Origin: Thermoclostridium sp.
Lineage (GTDB): Bacteria; Bacillota; Clostridia; DSM-8532
Assembly (NCBI GenBank): GCA_036562185.1
Contig: DATCKN010000060.1
Span: forward strand, 10,128 to 42,127
Direction: 5' to 3'
Length of the DNA stretch: 32,000 nucleotides
The translations under genes and the position numbers were made by a program. Below are positions 17,200 to 26,322 of this stretch, piece after piece. Below the pieces are notes generated by a model that made no database searches, was not told the DNA's origin, and was given only the letters and a program-made list of their open reading frames with translations. Numbering within the stretch: position 1 is the stretch's first letter; every line of letters begins with the position of its first letter.

Positions 17200-17994
17200 A
17201 TGATATTTTATTTTTCAGGTACAGGAAACTCTTTGTTTGCAGCCCGAAAAACAGCAGAGACACAGGGTGAACAGCTTGTATCCATTGCCGGTGAGCTTGA
17301 CAGGAACTGTTCTGTTTTAGAATACGGGTTCAGCGGGAATGATTTATTGGGTTTCGTCTTTCCTGTCTATGCATGGGGACCGCCTGAGATTGTCCTGGAT
17401 TTTATTTCGAAGATCAAGATTAGTGGAAAGCCATATATATTTTCCATTTCCACCTGTGGAGATGACGAAGGCTATGCCACGCGTATCCTGGAAAAGGCCC
17501 TTGGCAAAAAAGGTCTTTCTGTTGACAGTGCTTTTACTGTAATCATGCCAAATAATTATATTATTGGTTTTGATGTTGATGACAAAGAAGCGGAAACAGA
17601 TAAATTGCAGAAGGCGATGGCAAGGCTTGATTCAATAAATTCGGTTATTTCAGAAAGGCGAAAGGGAGTATTTGAAATAATACCGGGAAAATTTCCCGGT
17701 ATTAAGTCCTATATTATAAATCCGCTGTTTAACCGCTTTTCCAGAAGCACTGAAGGTTTTTATGCAACTGATGAATGCACCCGTTGCAGAATTTGTGAAA
17801 AAGTCTGTCCGGTACATACAATAAAAGTTAATGAAAAACCTGTTTGGGGCAAATCATGCACCCAGTGTCTTGCCTGCATACACAGGTGCCCGGTCAGTGC
17901 AATTCAGTACGGTGTGAAGACTGTTAACAAAGGCAGATATGTACATCCTGATTTGGATTCATCTGTTCACCACAGAGCAGAAAAGAATGTGTAA
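17200..17994 (+). CDS. Flavodoxin-like domain fused to a 2x[4Fe-4S] ferredoxin domain (EFR1-type)
   Basis: N-terminal MIFYFSGTGNS. C-terminal CTRCRICEKVCP and CTQCLACIHRCP. The ATG at 17200 is better spaced from AAGGGG than the ATG at 17191. Confidence 0.8.
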   Translation: MIFYFSGTGNSLFAARKTAETQGEQLVSIAGELDRNCSVLEYGFSGNDLLGFVFPVYAWGPPEIVLDFISKIKISGKPYIFSISTCGDDEGYATRILEKALGKKGLSVDSAFTVIMPNNYIIGFDVDDKEAETDKLQKAMARLDSINSVISERRKGVFEIIPGKFPGIKSYIINPLFNRFSRSTEGFYATDECTRCRICEKVCPVHTIKVNEKPVWGKSCTQCLACIHRCPVSAIQYGVKTVNKGRYVHPDLDSSVHHRAEKNV

Positions 17995-18003
17995 ATAATC
18001 ATT

Positions 18004-18073
18004 AAAACGGGTTTCGGATGAATTTCAAATGCTGAAAGATTTCAGCGTGCGGCAGATATCCGAAACCCGTTTT
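18004..18073. terminator. Long nested hairpin between convergent genes, probably a bidirectional terminator
   Basis: AAAACGGGTTTCGGAT ... ATCCGAAACCCGTTTT (16-bp outer stem) encloses GCTGAAA-GAT-TTTCAGC. A/T runs flank it on both sides. Confidence 0.7.
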
Positions 18074-18100
18074 ATTTAAGTAAAAACCTGAATGGGTTTA

Positions 18101-19234
18101 TTAAAGCCCCAGCATTTCGTAGGTAAGATCTCTTATCTTGGGATGGATTACATTATAGGCGTAACCGCATTTAAGCACATGCTGAATATAAAATATTGCC
18201 AAATTATTCGTTACATCTATTAATGCATAAGCACCTGCAGCGCCATCCCATCCGAATTCGCCCAGAGGGCTTCTTATACCGTATTTTTCTTTATCAACCA
18301 GGGTACGCACGCCAAGGCCATAGCTGTAGCCGAGCTTTCCGCGTAAATCAAAATCCTTCTTGGAGATCTCATGCATTTGATCCTGGCGCATAAGATTGAT
18401 CGATTCCACCGAGATAAGCCTGTAGCCATCCTTACTTATTCCACCATGGCACATAGCGTCCAAATACAACAGATAATCATCAAGTATTGAAATCAGACCG
18501 GCACCGCCACTTTCAAAGTTTTTCGTCAGAACATAGCGGTTACGGTTTGGCACAGGTTTTGAAGTCATGGTACTCATATCGAATTCAAACTGATCACTCA
18601 TATTGGCCTGGCGTTCGGGTGTTAATTCAAACCCTGTATTTTTCATGCCCAATGGTTTAAAAATGTATTCATCAAAGTACTCTCCCAGCTTTTTCCCGGA
18701 AACGACCTCTATTACTGCACCAAGTACATCATGGCTTAAGCTGTATTGAAAATGGGTTCCTGGTTCGAAATCCAGCGGTTCGTTTGCCAGCGCTTCTATA
18801 ACCTGCCTGGTGGTGGCCTCATTATTAGTTTCTTCTTTGATTTTTATAATTGATGGTGCTTCAAGGTTGTAGTTAAGGCCGCTTTGCATCGAAAGAAGGT
18901 GCCTGATTGTCATTTGGTTTTTTGCCGGTACTATGCCATTTTCGGTTTTTACTTTTAAATTCCTGTACTCGGGAAGAAAATCCGAAACAGGAGAGTCAAG
19001 GCCAATAAGGCCCTTGTCTATAAGCTGCATTACAGCAGTACATGTAAACAGCTTGGTAGCTGAATAAAGCCAGTATGTATTTTTATCTGTTAATGGCTTT
19101 TTCCTGTCCCAGTCAGCATATCCTACGGTATGCCGGAAGACCACCTCATGGTTGTGTATTACGGCACAATCGCAACCGGGAATTCCGCATTGCTCAAGTG
19201 AGTTCAGATAATCTGCCAATATTTTTTTATTCAT
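18101..19234 (-). CDS. Serine hydrolase of the class-C beta-lactamase / esterase (EstB-like) family
   Basis: 377 aa. S-x-x-K motif (YSATKLFT), YSLSHD, C-terminal GWDGAAGA. AGAGGAG Shine-Dalgarno. Confidence 0.85.
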   Translation of the reverse strand: MNKKILADYLNSLEQCGIPGCDCAVIHNHEVVFRHTVGYADWDRKKPLTDKNTYWLYSATKLFTCTAVMQLIDKGLIGLDSPVSDFLPEYRNLKVKTENGIVPAKNQMTIRHLLSMQSGLNYNLEAPSIIKIKEETNNEATTRQVIEALANEPLDFEPGTHFQYSLSHDVLGAVIEVVSGKKLGEYFDEYIFKPLGMKNTGFELTPERQANMSDQFEFDMSTMTSKPVPNRNRYVLTKNFESGGAGLISILDDYLLYLDAMCHGGISKDGYRLISVESINLMRQDQMHEISKKDFDLRGKLGYSYGLGVRTLVDKEKYGIRSPLGEFGWDGAAGAYALIDVTNNLAIFYIQHVLKCGYAYNVIHPKIRDLTYEMLGL

Positions 19235-19498
19235 AAAACATCTCCTCTGTAAAACCAGAATAGTTAATGCAATTTAATATATAGTTGATTTTATACCAAA
19301 TCAGCCAACTTTTCTATAGTGACAGCGTCAATTTTCAAAAAGTATTAGAAAAAAGCTCAAAAGCAGTAATAAAAGCTTAACAATTCTGTAACGAAATTGT
19401 AAGAAAAACTATGGTAGAAATAGACAATTTATGGTATATAATATATCTTTGCCTGTCTGATATTTCGCAATTTCTGTTAATATAAGGGATAAAACAAT

Positions 19499-20473
19499 AT
19501 GATAGAGTTAAAGAATATTAACAAAACCTTTAAAGTTGCAAGGCGGAACGCCGGTTTCAGGGAAGCTGTGGGTGCTCTGTTCAGAAGAAACTATACATAT
19601 ATACATGCCCTTCGTGATATTTCCTTTAAAATAAAAGACGGTGAGATGGTGGGCTACATTGGCCCTAACGGAGCAGGGAAAAGCAGCACAATAAAAATAA
19701 TGAGCGGAATTCTTTATCCTGACAGTGGTGAATGCATAATAGACGGCTTAGTACCATATAAGAACCGCCGGGAACATGTCAGAAACATTGGCGTTGTGTT
19801 CGGCCAGCGTTCCCAGCTTTGGTGGGATGTACCCGTAATTGATTCATTTGAGCTTTTAAAGGATATCTATGATATTGATGAGCGTGTATATAGAAGCAAT
19901 CTGGAAGAACTTGTTGAGCTTCTGAATCTGGGGGAAATTATAAAGACACCGGCGCGCCAGCTTAGCCTTGGACAGAGAATGCGCTGTGAGATAGCGGCAT
20001 CATTTCTTCACAATCCCGGAATATTATTTCTGGACGAACCTACAATAGGCCTTGATGCTGTATCAAAAATAGCAGTACGTGATTTTATTAAGAAAATGAA
20101 CAGGGAGAAGAAGACCACAGTAATTCTGACAACTCATGATATGCAGGATATTGAAGCAATTGCCGAAAGAATACTGCTTATCGGAAGAGGCCAGATTTTA
20201 TATGATGGCTCACTTTCAGAACTGAAAACAAGAAATTCAAAAAAGAAAACATTAACTTTGGAATATAGTGGGGGCAGTTTCAGCTTAGGCAATGGTATTG
20301 ATTTGGTAAGCCGCGTGGACGGCCATGCAGTTTTTCAAATTGATACTTCTGTTATCTCAATACAGGAAGCAATAAAAGTAATTACCCAGAATGCCGATGT
20401 TAAGGATCTTTCTATAACAGGTGCAAGCATTGATGAAATAGTTGTGTCTTTATACGAGGAATTAAAAATATGA
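19499..20473 (+). CDS. ABC transporter ATP-binding protein
   Basis: Walker A GPNGAGKSST, signature LSLGQRMR, Walker B ILFLDEPTIGLD, H-loop TTHD. Confidence 0.9.
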   Translation: MIELKNINKTFKVARRNAGFREAVGALFRRNYTYIHALRDISFKIKDGEMVGYIGPNGAGKSSTIKIMSGILYPDSGECIIDGLVPYKNRREHVRNIGVVFGQRSQLWWDVPVIDSFELLKDIYDIDERVYRSNLEELVELLNLGEIIKTPARQLSLGQRMRCEIAASFLHNPGILFLDEPTIGLDAVSKIAVRDFIKKMNREKKTTVILTTHDMQDIEAIAERILLIGRGQILYDGSLSELKTRNSKKKTLTLEYSGGSFSLGNGIDLVSRVDGHAVFQIDTSVISIQEAIKVITQNADVKDLSITGASIDEIVVSLYEELKI

Positions 20474-21273
20474 AGAAGTATTTTAGCTTTTTTAAAATAC
20501 GGTTTATTAACGGGCTCCAATACAGGGCAGCTGCATATGCAGGGGTAGTAACCCAGTTTGCGTGGGGGTTTATGGAGATATTGATGTTCAAGGCGTTTTA
20601 TAAGGATAACCCTCACAGTTTTCCAATGGAATTTTCACAGCTGTCATCATATATATGGTTGCAGCAGGCATTTCTTGCTTTATTTATGTTGTGGATGTAT
20701 GATAATGATATATTCGTGTCCATTACCAGCGGGAATGTTGCCTATGAGCTCACCCGTCCATTGGATCTGTATAACATGTGGTTTACAAAGAATCTTGCAG
20801 TACGCCTTTCAAGGGCTGTTTTACGCTGTGTGCCCGTTCTGGCAGTGGCCGTTCTTTTGCCTGAACCTTATGGAATCGCCCCGCCCGTAAGCCTGTTTGG
20901 CTTTTTAATGTTTATCATTTCCATGATCCTTGCATTTTTGTGTTTGGTAGCATTAAGCATGTTAGTATATATTACGGCGTTTTATACACTGTCACCAATG
21001 GGTATTCGTCTTATAGCCGCAACCCTGAATGAGTTTCTTACGGGATCAATTATTCCGTTGCCTTTTTTCCCAGAAAAGCTTAAGAAGATTATATCTTTTA
21101 CGCCATTTGCGTCAATGCAGAATCTTCCGTTCAGAATATACAGCGGTAACATTGCAGGCGAAGAAATGCTCCGGGGAATACTGGTGCAGATTTTCTGGGT
21201 AGTTGCCTTAATATTTGCCGGCAGGCTCTGGATGGCACGGGCGGTAAAAAAAGTGGTGGTACAGGGAGGGTAG
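20470..21273 (+). CDS. ABC-2-type transporter permease subunit
   Basis: ATGA overlap with the ATPase gene. 267-aa polytopic membrane protein. Confidence 0.75.
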   Translation: MKKYFSFFKIRFINGLQYRAAAYAGVVTQFAWGFMEILMFKAFYKDNPHSFPMEFSQLSSYIWLQQAFLALFMLWMYDNDIFVSITSGNVAYELTRPLDLYNMWFTKNLAVRLSRAVLRCVPVLAVAVLLPEPYGIAPPVSLFGFLMFIISMILAFLCLVALSMLVYITAFYTLSPMGIRLIAATLNEFLTGSIIPLPFFPEKLKKIISFTPFASMQNLPFRIYSGNIAGEEMLRGILVQIFWVVALIFAGRLWMARAVKKVVVQGG

Positions 21274-21274
21274 T

Positions 21275-22051
21275 ATGAAATTATATTTTAGATATTTTTT
21301 AATACAGGTAAAAAGTCAGATGCAGTATAAAACTTCTTTTTTTATGACTGCACTGGGACAATTTATAACTTCATTTACGGCCTTTTTAAGTATCTGTTTT
21401 TTAATGTCACGCTTTCACCAGGTGGAAGATTTTTTATACAATGAGGTTCTTTTATGCTTTGCTGCGGTCCTTATGGCGTTTTCACTCGCTGAATGTTTTG
21501 CGCGAGGGTTCGACACATTTTCCACGATGATACGAAACGGTGAGTTTGACAGGATAATGGTGCGTCCCAGGAATGAAATATTTCAGGTTCTCGCATCCAG
21601 AATTGAGCTTACGAGAGCAGGCAGATTCATTCAGGCTGTCATTGTTTTTGCTTATGCAATTCCCACCAGCCGGATTACCTGGACTTTCGATAAAATCATA
21701 ACTCTGATATTGATGATTATCAGCGGAACAATTATATTTTCAGGGCTTTTCCTGATTTACGCGGCACTATGCTTTTTTACAACGGAAGGGCTTGAATTTA
21801 TAAACATTTTTACCGACGGAGGCAGGGAGTTTGGCCGCTATCCATTATCCATCTATGGTGAAGAAGTTTTGAAGTTTTTTACATACGTAGTTCCGCTCGC
21901 ATTATTTCAGTATTATCCCCTTTTATACCTGACCGGAAGAAGTCAAAATATATTATATATGTTTTTGCCTGTTCTTGGGGTCGTGTTCATATTGCCCTGT
22001 TATGGATTATGGAGGATAGGGGTAAGACATTACAAATCCACAGGTTCATAA
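21275..22051 (+). CDS. ABC-2-type transporter permease subunit (second)
   Basis: Starts 1 nt after the upstream stop. 258-aa polytopic membrane protein. Confidence 0.75.
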   Translation: MKLYFRYFLIQVKSQMQYKTSFFMTALGQFITSFTAFLSICFLMSRFHQVEDFLYNEVLLCFAAVLMAFSLAECFARGFDTFSTMIRNGEFDRIMVRPRNEIFQVLASRIELTRAGRFIQAVIVFAYAIPTSRITWTFDKIITLILMIISGTIIFSGLFLIYAALCFFTTEGLEFINIFTDGGREFGRYPLSIYGEEVLKFFTYVVPLALFQYYPLLYLTGRSQNILYMFLPVLGVVFILPCYGLWRIGVRHYKSTGS

Positions 22052-22219
22052 AAAAGAAAAATATTTTTTTACATATCAACACTTTACTTTTTTCATTCGT
22101 TATATATTTGAAAACGGTTTTAAAAAAGATGATTTTGCATGCAAATCTCATCAGTATAATCCGGGAACAGGTTATGGACATCTGTTGGATGATAAACGTA
22201 TGATGAAGGGACAGCCGTT

Positions 22220-22672
22220 ATGATTGATTTACTTTATTCAAAGTATTATAGTGAATTGCTGCGATTTTGCTTTTCGCTTTCCCGCGATTATGTGTTTGCA
22301 GAGGATATTGTTCATGAGACTTACCTGCGTGCCCTCTCGAATGCAGACATCCTAAATGATATGCCCGAAGCAAAGTGCAGGGCATGGCTTTACAGGACAG
22401 CTAAAAACATATTTATTGATCATGTAAGAAGGTTGTCAAAAAACAGCGAACCTGTTGATGAACCTGTCAGTGAAGACGACTTTTCGAGCGTGATGGTGCA
22501 AATGATGTGCCAACAGCTTCCTGAAAGCGAACGTACATTATTCCTGCTGAGATATATTAAAGGCTACAATTCAACCGAACTGGGGGAAATGTTTGGCATA
22601 CCGCCGTCTACAGTTAGGGCAAGGCTTGCTTCTGCAAGGGAGAAATTAAGAAAAAGTTATAATGAGAACTGA
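22220..22672 (+). CDS. ECF-type RNA polymerase sigma-70 family factor (second in the window)
   Basis: 150 aa. Region 2 (AEDIVHETYLRAL...AWLYRTAKNIFIDHVRR) and region 4 (LFLLRYIKGYNSTELGEMFGIPPSTVRARLASAREKLRK). Confidence 0.85.
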   Translation: MIDLLYSKYYSELLRFCFSLSRDYVFAEDIVHETYLRALSNADILNDMPEAKCRAWLYRTAKNIFIDHVRRLSKNSEPVDEPVSEDDFSSVMVQMMCQQLPESERTLFLLRYIKGYNSTELGEMFGIPPSTVRARLASAREKLRKSYNEN

Positions 22673-22686
22673 ATGGAGGTATTATT

Positions 22687-23901
22687 ATGTCAAAGAAAAA
22701 ACTTGTAATCAATGCGGCTGTTTGCGATGCAACGAGGACACATGAAGAAACACTTGCAGGTTATGAAAGTATTACAATTAATTCTGCAATGCTTTTAACC
22801 ACGCCCGAGACCCGCAAACTTCTTCATAATTATAATGTAATGATGAATTGCAACAATGTTCTGGAAATAGACAGTGATGTGGAAATTATTATGCAAAATG
22901 GTCATTATACGATATCTGCGTCAGATGCGGCAGGAAAAAAAGCATTCCTTTTCCTGAACGGTTCGCTGACTATAGAGCCGGGAGCGGAAAAAGCGCTCAG
23001 CAGGTTTGTAGGTATGCATGTTAACGGAAGTGTAACATACCCGGATAGTTTGGCTCCATACCTGGGCTCACTGAAAGTTAACGGTTCTGTTAACTCATAT
23101 CCAGACGATGCCATACTGTTAAGCAATACGTTTATAGTTGACAAGACATTCATAAAACGGTGTAAAAATGCAAAATATTTTGCAAGAAAGCGTGTAGTTA
23201 TAATTGATAATGCCCTTGATATTGCCGGGATGGTAAATAAGGGTGCAATGTTTCTGACTAAAACCGCAATAATTTCTGAATCGCTTGTTGATGCAGCTCT
23301 GCCTCTTTTTCAGGAAACAACCGAAATAATCACTGTTCCGGACGGATGCAGTTTCATAAACGATAGTGTCAAGCTCAACAAATCTTTGCTCATTAAGAAC
23401 GGTACAAAACTTTATATCAACGGTGATCTGGCAATTGATTCCGAAGCCCGGGACCTTCTCGAAAAGATTGAATATTTGTATGTAAACGGGGGTGTAAGCC
23501 TGCCGGAATCACTTGAGGAGATATTTTCCAGAATTAATGCACAATACAATGAGCTGGTACTTGTACGCGGAAAGTGCATAGAAGATAAAATCAGAATTAC
23601 AATTGACAGACGCATGCTGGAACAGAACCCAGAAGGAATCACGGTTAAAGATTGTGTAAACGTGATCATAGCCGAAGATGTGCCACCTGAACTGATACTT
23701 GAACGTGTTGAATTTTATGATTGTGTTAATATCAGTTGCTTCCCTGAACAGCGAAGCGCTGTTGAACAGGTATCTGACGATGTGGTTAATATCGATGATT
23801 CGGGCAAGGGCCTTAAAGGGATGCTTAGCAATTTGATACCCAGTCTGGGAGAAAATTTGGAAGATGTGAAGATGGTCAATGCTTCCACTTACACTTTATA
23901 A
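22687..23901 (+). CDS. Hypothetical soluble 404-aa repeat protein immediately downstream of the ECF sigma gene. Candidate non-membrane anti-sigma or partner.
   Basis: GGAGG Shine-Dalgarno, 14 nt after the sigma stop. No hydrophobic segment long enough for a TM helix. Recurring I/V-N-x-x motifs (ITINSAMLL, VNGSVTYPDSL, VNGSVNSYPDD, YINGDLAIDSEARDLL, YVNGGVSLPESL). No family recognised. Confidence 0.7.
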   Translation: MSKKKLVINAAVCDATRTHEETLAGYESITINSAMLLTTPETRKLLHNYNVMMNCNNVLEIDSDVEIIMQNGHYTISASDAAGKKAFLFLNGSLTIEPGAEKALSRFVGMHVNGSVTYPDSLAPYLGSLKVNGSVNSYPDDAILLSNTFIVDKTFIKRCKNAKYFARKRVVIIDNALDIAGMVNKGAMFLTKTAIISESLVDAALPLFQETTEIITVPDGCSFINDSVKLNKSLLIKNGTKLYINGDLAIDSEARDLLEKIEYLYVNGGVSLPESLEEIFSRINAQYNELVLVRGKCIEDKIRITIDRRMLEQNPEGITVKDCVNVIIAEDVPPELILERVEFYDCVNISCFPEQRSAVEQVSDDVVNIDDSGKGLKGMLSNLIPSLGENLEDVKMVNASTYTL

Positions 23902-23955
23902 AATGCAAATTGAACGAGTATTTACTTATCAATTCTATAAATTATAAGCAACCTG

Positions 23956-24000
23956 GGCAAAGCCGGGGTTTACGGAAAATAACCCGGCTTTGCCTTTAAT
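23956..24000 (+). terminator. Strong intrinsic terminator after the sigma and repeat-protein operon
   Basis: GGCAAAGCCGGG-loop-CCCGGCTTTGCC followed by TTTAATATTTTTT. Confidence 0.75.
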
Positions 24001-24082
24001 ATTTTTTAAATGTCGAAAACATTTCCATTATGCCGGGGATAATTGGATTTATTTCATTTGCAGGTTCATTCATGTTTAGAAG

Positions 24083-25021
24083 CTATCCATTCATCATCCG
24101 TAATAACCTTAAATAATGGTTTGCTTCACGAAGTACATGATCAGCCAGTAAGGGAGGAATTATGGATTTTATTCTGCATCCTAATATTCCTTCTGTTCCT
24201 GCTCTTTTGAAATTCCTTATCCCATCGGTAAGCTGCAGGCTTTCCCGTTTTATTTGGTTTTCAGCCGTTCTGATACATTCTTTAACTAATTTTTCAAAAC
24301 CTTGTGCAAAAGTTCTTGCGGTTCCTTTCAAATCCCTTTCTGACGGATCCAGCATTCCATCAATGAATAATGCATGCTCGCCCATTAAATGATTCCAGAA
24401 ATTCAGTTCTTCACATAGGGTTTGTTTCGGAAGTTCTTTATTCTGCAGGGATTTTAGTGTTTTCATGTAATAATTTGCTTCATGAATGAGATGGTCCAAC
24501 AACTCGTCATACAGGTTGATGAATATTTTGCATCCGCCTGCAAGAGCCAGTATTCTTTTTTTGAAGTTGATTACCCTTTCAAGCAGGTTCATTGTTCTTT
24601 GATTTAAATCGCTGACTATAAGTTCTGATGAACCCCTGTAATAGTCACCTGGAAAGCTTGAAAGCCCCACCAGTTCATATTCGGCTTCGGTAATTCCGGT
24701 GTTTATGCCCGCTCCCGTTAATCTTGAGTTTACTTCTTCCGCCCTTAAAGTATAAGGAGTTACCAGTTCGTTTGAGTTAATAACACTGATGGATATGGCC
24801 CTGTTGGCATAATACACCGTTTCGGACAGAAGATGTTCAAACCCCTCTTTCAGCGCGTTAGCTTCAGCAATATAGGCTGTTTCAACAGGCGATAAACTTG
24901 TTTCAATAAAAAACATATGCTCTTTCATTATTCTTTGAAAGAAAAGGTTTATCTCCAGTGAAATTCTTATGAACTCCTGATTTGACAGCAATTCAATACT
25001 CTCCTTTACAAAATATTGCAC
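24083..25021 (-). CDS. DUF2935-family protein (two tandem helical-bundle repeats)
   Basis: 312 aa, GTG start. Two copies of the family-typical block: LEINLFFQRIMKEHMFFIETSLSP and EELNFWNHLMGEHALFIDGMLDP. The family name is from memory. Confidence 0.7.
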   Translation of the reverse strand: MQYFVKESIELLSNQEFIRISLEINLFFQRIMKEHMFFIETSLSPVETAYIAEANALKEGFEHLLSETVYYANRAISISVINSNELVTPYTLRAEEVNSRLTGAGINTGITEAEYELVGLSSFPGDYYRGSSELIVSDLNQRTMNLLERVINFKKRILALAGGCKIFINLYDELLDHLIHEANYYMKTLKSLQNKELPKQTLCEELNFWNHLMGEHALFIDGMLDPSERDLKGTARTFAQGFEKLVKECIRTAENQIKRESLQLTDGIRNFKRAGTEGILGCRIKSIIPPLLADHVLREANHYLRLLRMMNG

Positions 25022-25265
25022 ACTATATAATACTTATAACGACGCAAAAAGTGTCTGTCTTGCTGGTTCAGATGAGAGGCCTTAGAAAAACCTGGATTAT
25101 GGAATGTGTAAAATCTGTAGTCGTTGTCTCATTAAAGTGGTATAATTAAGCTGAAACGGTTAATCACATCTGTGCATTTCAAAATCATTTTTTGCTTAAC
25201 TCCGGTACCAATGATAAATAAAAAAGTGCATTTTCTTTTGTTTTATGAAGGGGAGGAGGTAAAAT

Positions 25266-26250
25266 ATGCAGCATGAAATTGTAAATCAGGCGCCATTGCT
25301 TGATGAACAGGGAAATGTAATGGAAGCAGGGTATGCTAAAAAGCTTTTGCCGGTCTATAACCGCAGGGATATTAAAGCAAACGGATTACGAATCAAAGAA
25401 TGGGATTATTACCTTGTGAATAATGACCACTTTGCTGTGGCATTGACCATTGCTGATAATTCCTACATGGGTTTTGATTCCATATCCTTTTTACACTTTG
25501 ACGAGCGATGGTCTTCCTTCAACTTCAGCGGAAGGCGATGTGGAAGTACATAACAGCAATTATAAAATAAAATTCAGCCATAAAAACGGCAAGCGCATTC
25601 TGGATTTCCACATGGAACGTTTTATTGATGAAACACCAATAACAGGACAGATTATTCTCACATGTGAACCCGAAGAAAGCATGGTTATAGTAATTCCTTT
25701 CCATAAAAAAAAGCATTTCTATTACAACCAGAAAATTAACTGCATGCGTGCAGAAGGTACAGTTATTGTAAACGGGAAGGAATACATATTTAATCCCGGT
25801 GAATCCTTTGCAGTTCTGGACTGGGGAAGAGGTGTGTGGACTTATAAAAACACATGGTACTGGGGCAGTGCTTCAGGGCTTGCAGACGGTGTTCCCTTTG
25901 GATTCAATATAGGCTATGGATTCGGAGACACCTCCGCTGCGACCGAGAACATGCTGTTTTACGACGGAAAAGCCCACAAGTTAAGCAATGTATATTGGAA
26001 TATCCCTTTAAATGAAAATGGAAAAGAAGATTATCTGAAGCCATGGAAATTTACCAGCGATGACGGCCGCTTTGAAATGAAATTCCAGCCTGTTCTTGAC
26101 CGCGCATCCTGTACGAGTGTGCTTGTGATTAAGTCAGACCAGCACCAGGTATTCGGGCGCTTTACCGGAAAAGCCGTACTTGATGATGGAAAGGTAATTG
26201 AGGTAAAGGACCTGACAGGCTTTGCCGAGAAGGTCTATAACAGGTGGTAG
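25266..26250 (+). pseudogene. DUF2804-family gene interrupted by a single frameshift (or a sequencing error)
   Basis: Two overlapping ORFs, 25266..25553 and 25450..26250, in frames offset by +1. Together they span 985 nt (3n+1) and read as one protein of about 328 aa (N-terminal ...RIKEWDYYLV...TIADNSYMG; C-terminal ...WYWGSASG...). Confidence 0.7.
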
Positions 26251-26286
26251 TAATACAGGTTGAATCAATTTTATACTTAGCATTAG

Positions 26287-26317
26287 TAAGGCGGGAAGTA
26301 TTTCTGTTCCCGCCTTA
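26287..26317. terminator. 11-bp-stem hairpin between the convergent DUF2804 and ThrRS genes
   Basis: TAAGGCGGGAA-loop(9)-TTCCCGCCTTA. No clear U-tract on either strand. Confidence 0.45.
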
Positions 26318-26322
26318 ACCGA

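Noticed and set aside
22163-22200. Canonical ECF promoter GGGAAC...CGTA upstream of the second sigma gene
   Set aside because: The spacer between AAC (22166-22168) and CGTA (22197-22200) is 28 nt, far from the 16-17 nt expected. Only the weaker GGAC-N17-CGTA alternative remains (see findings).
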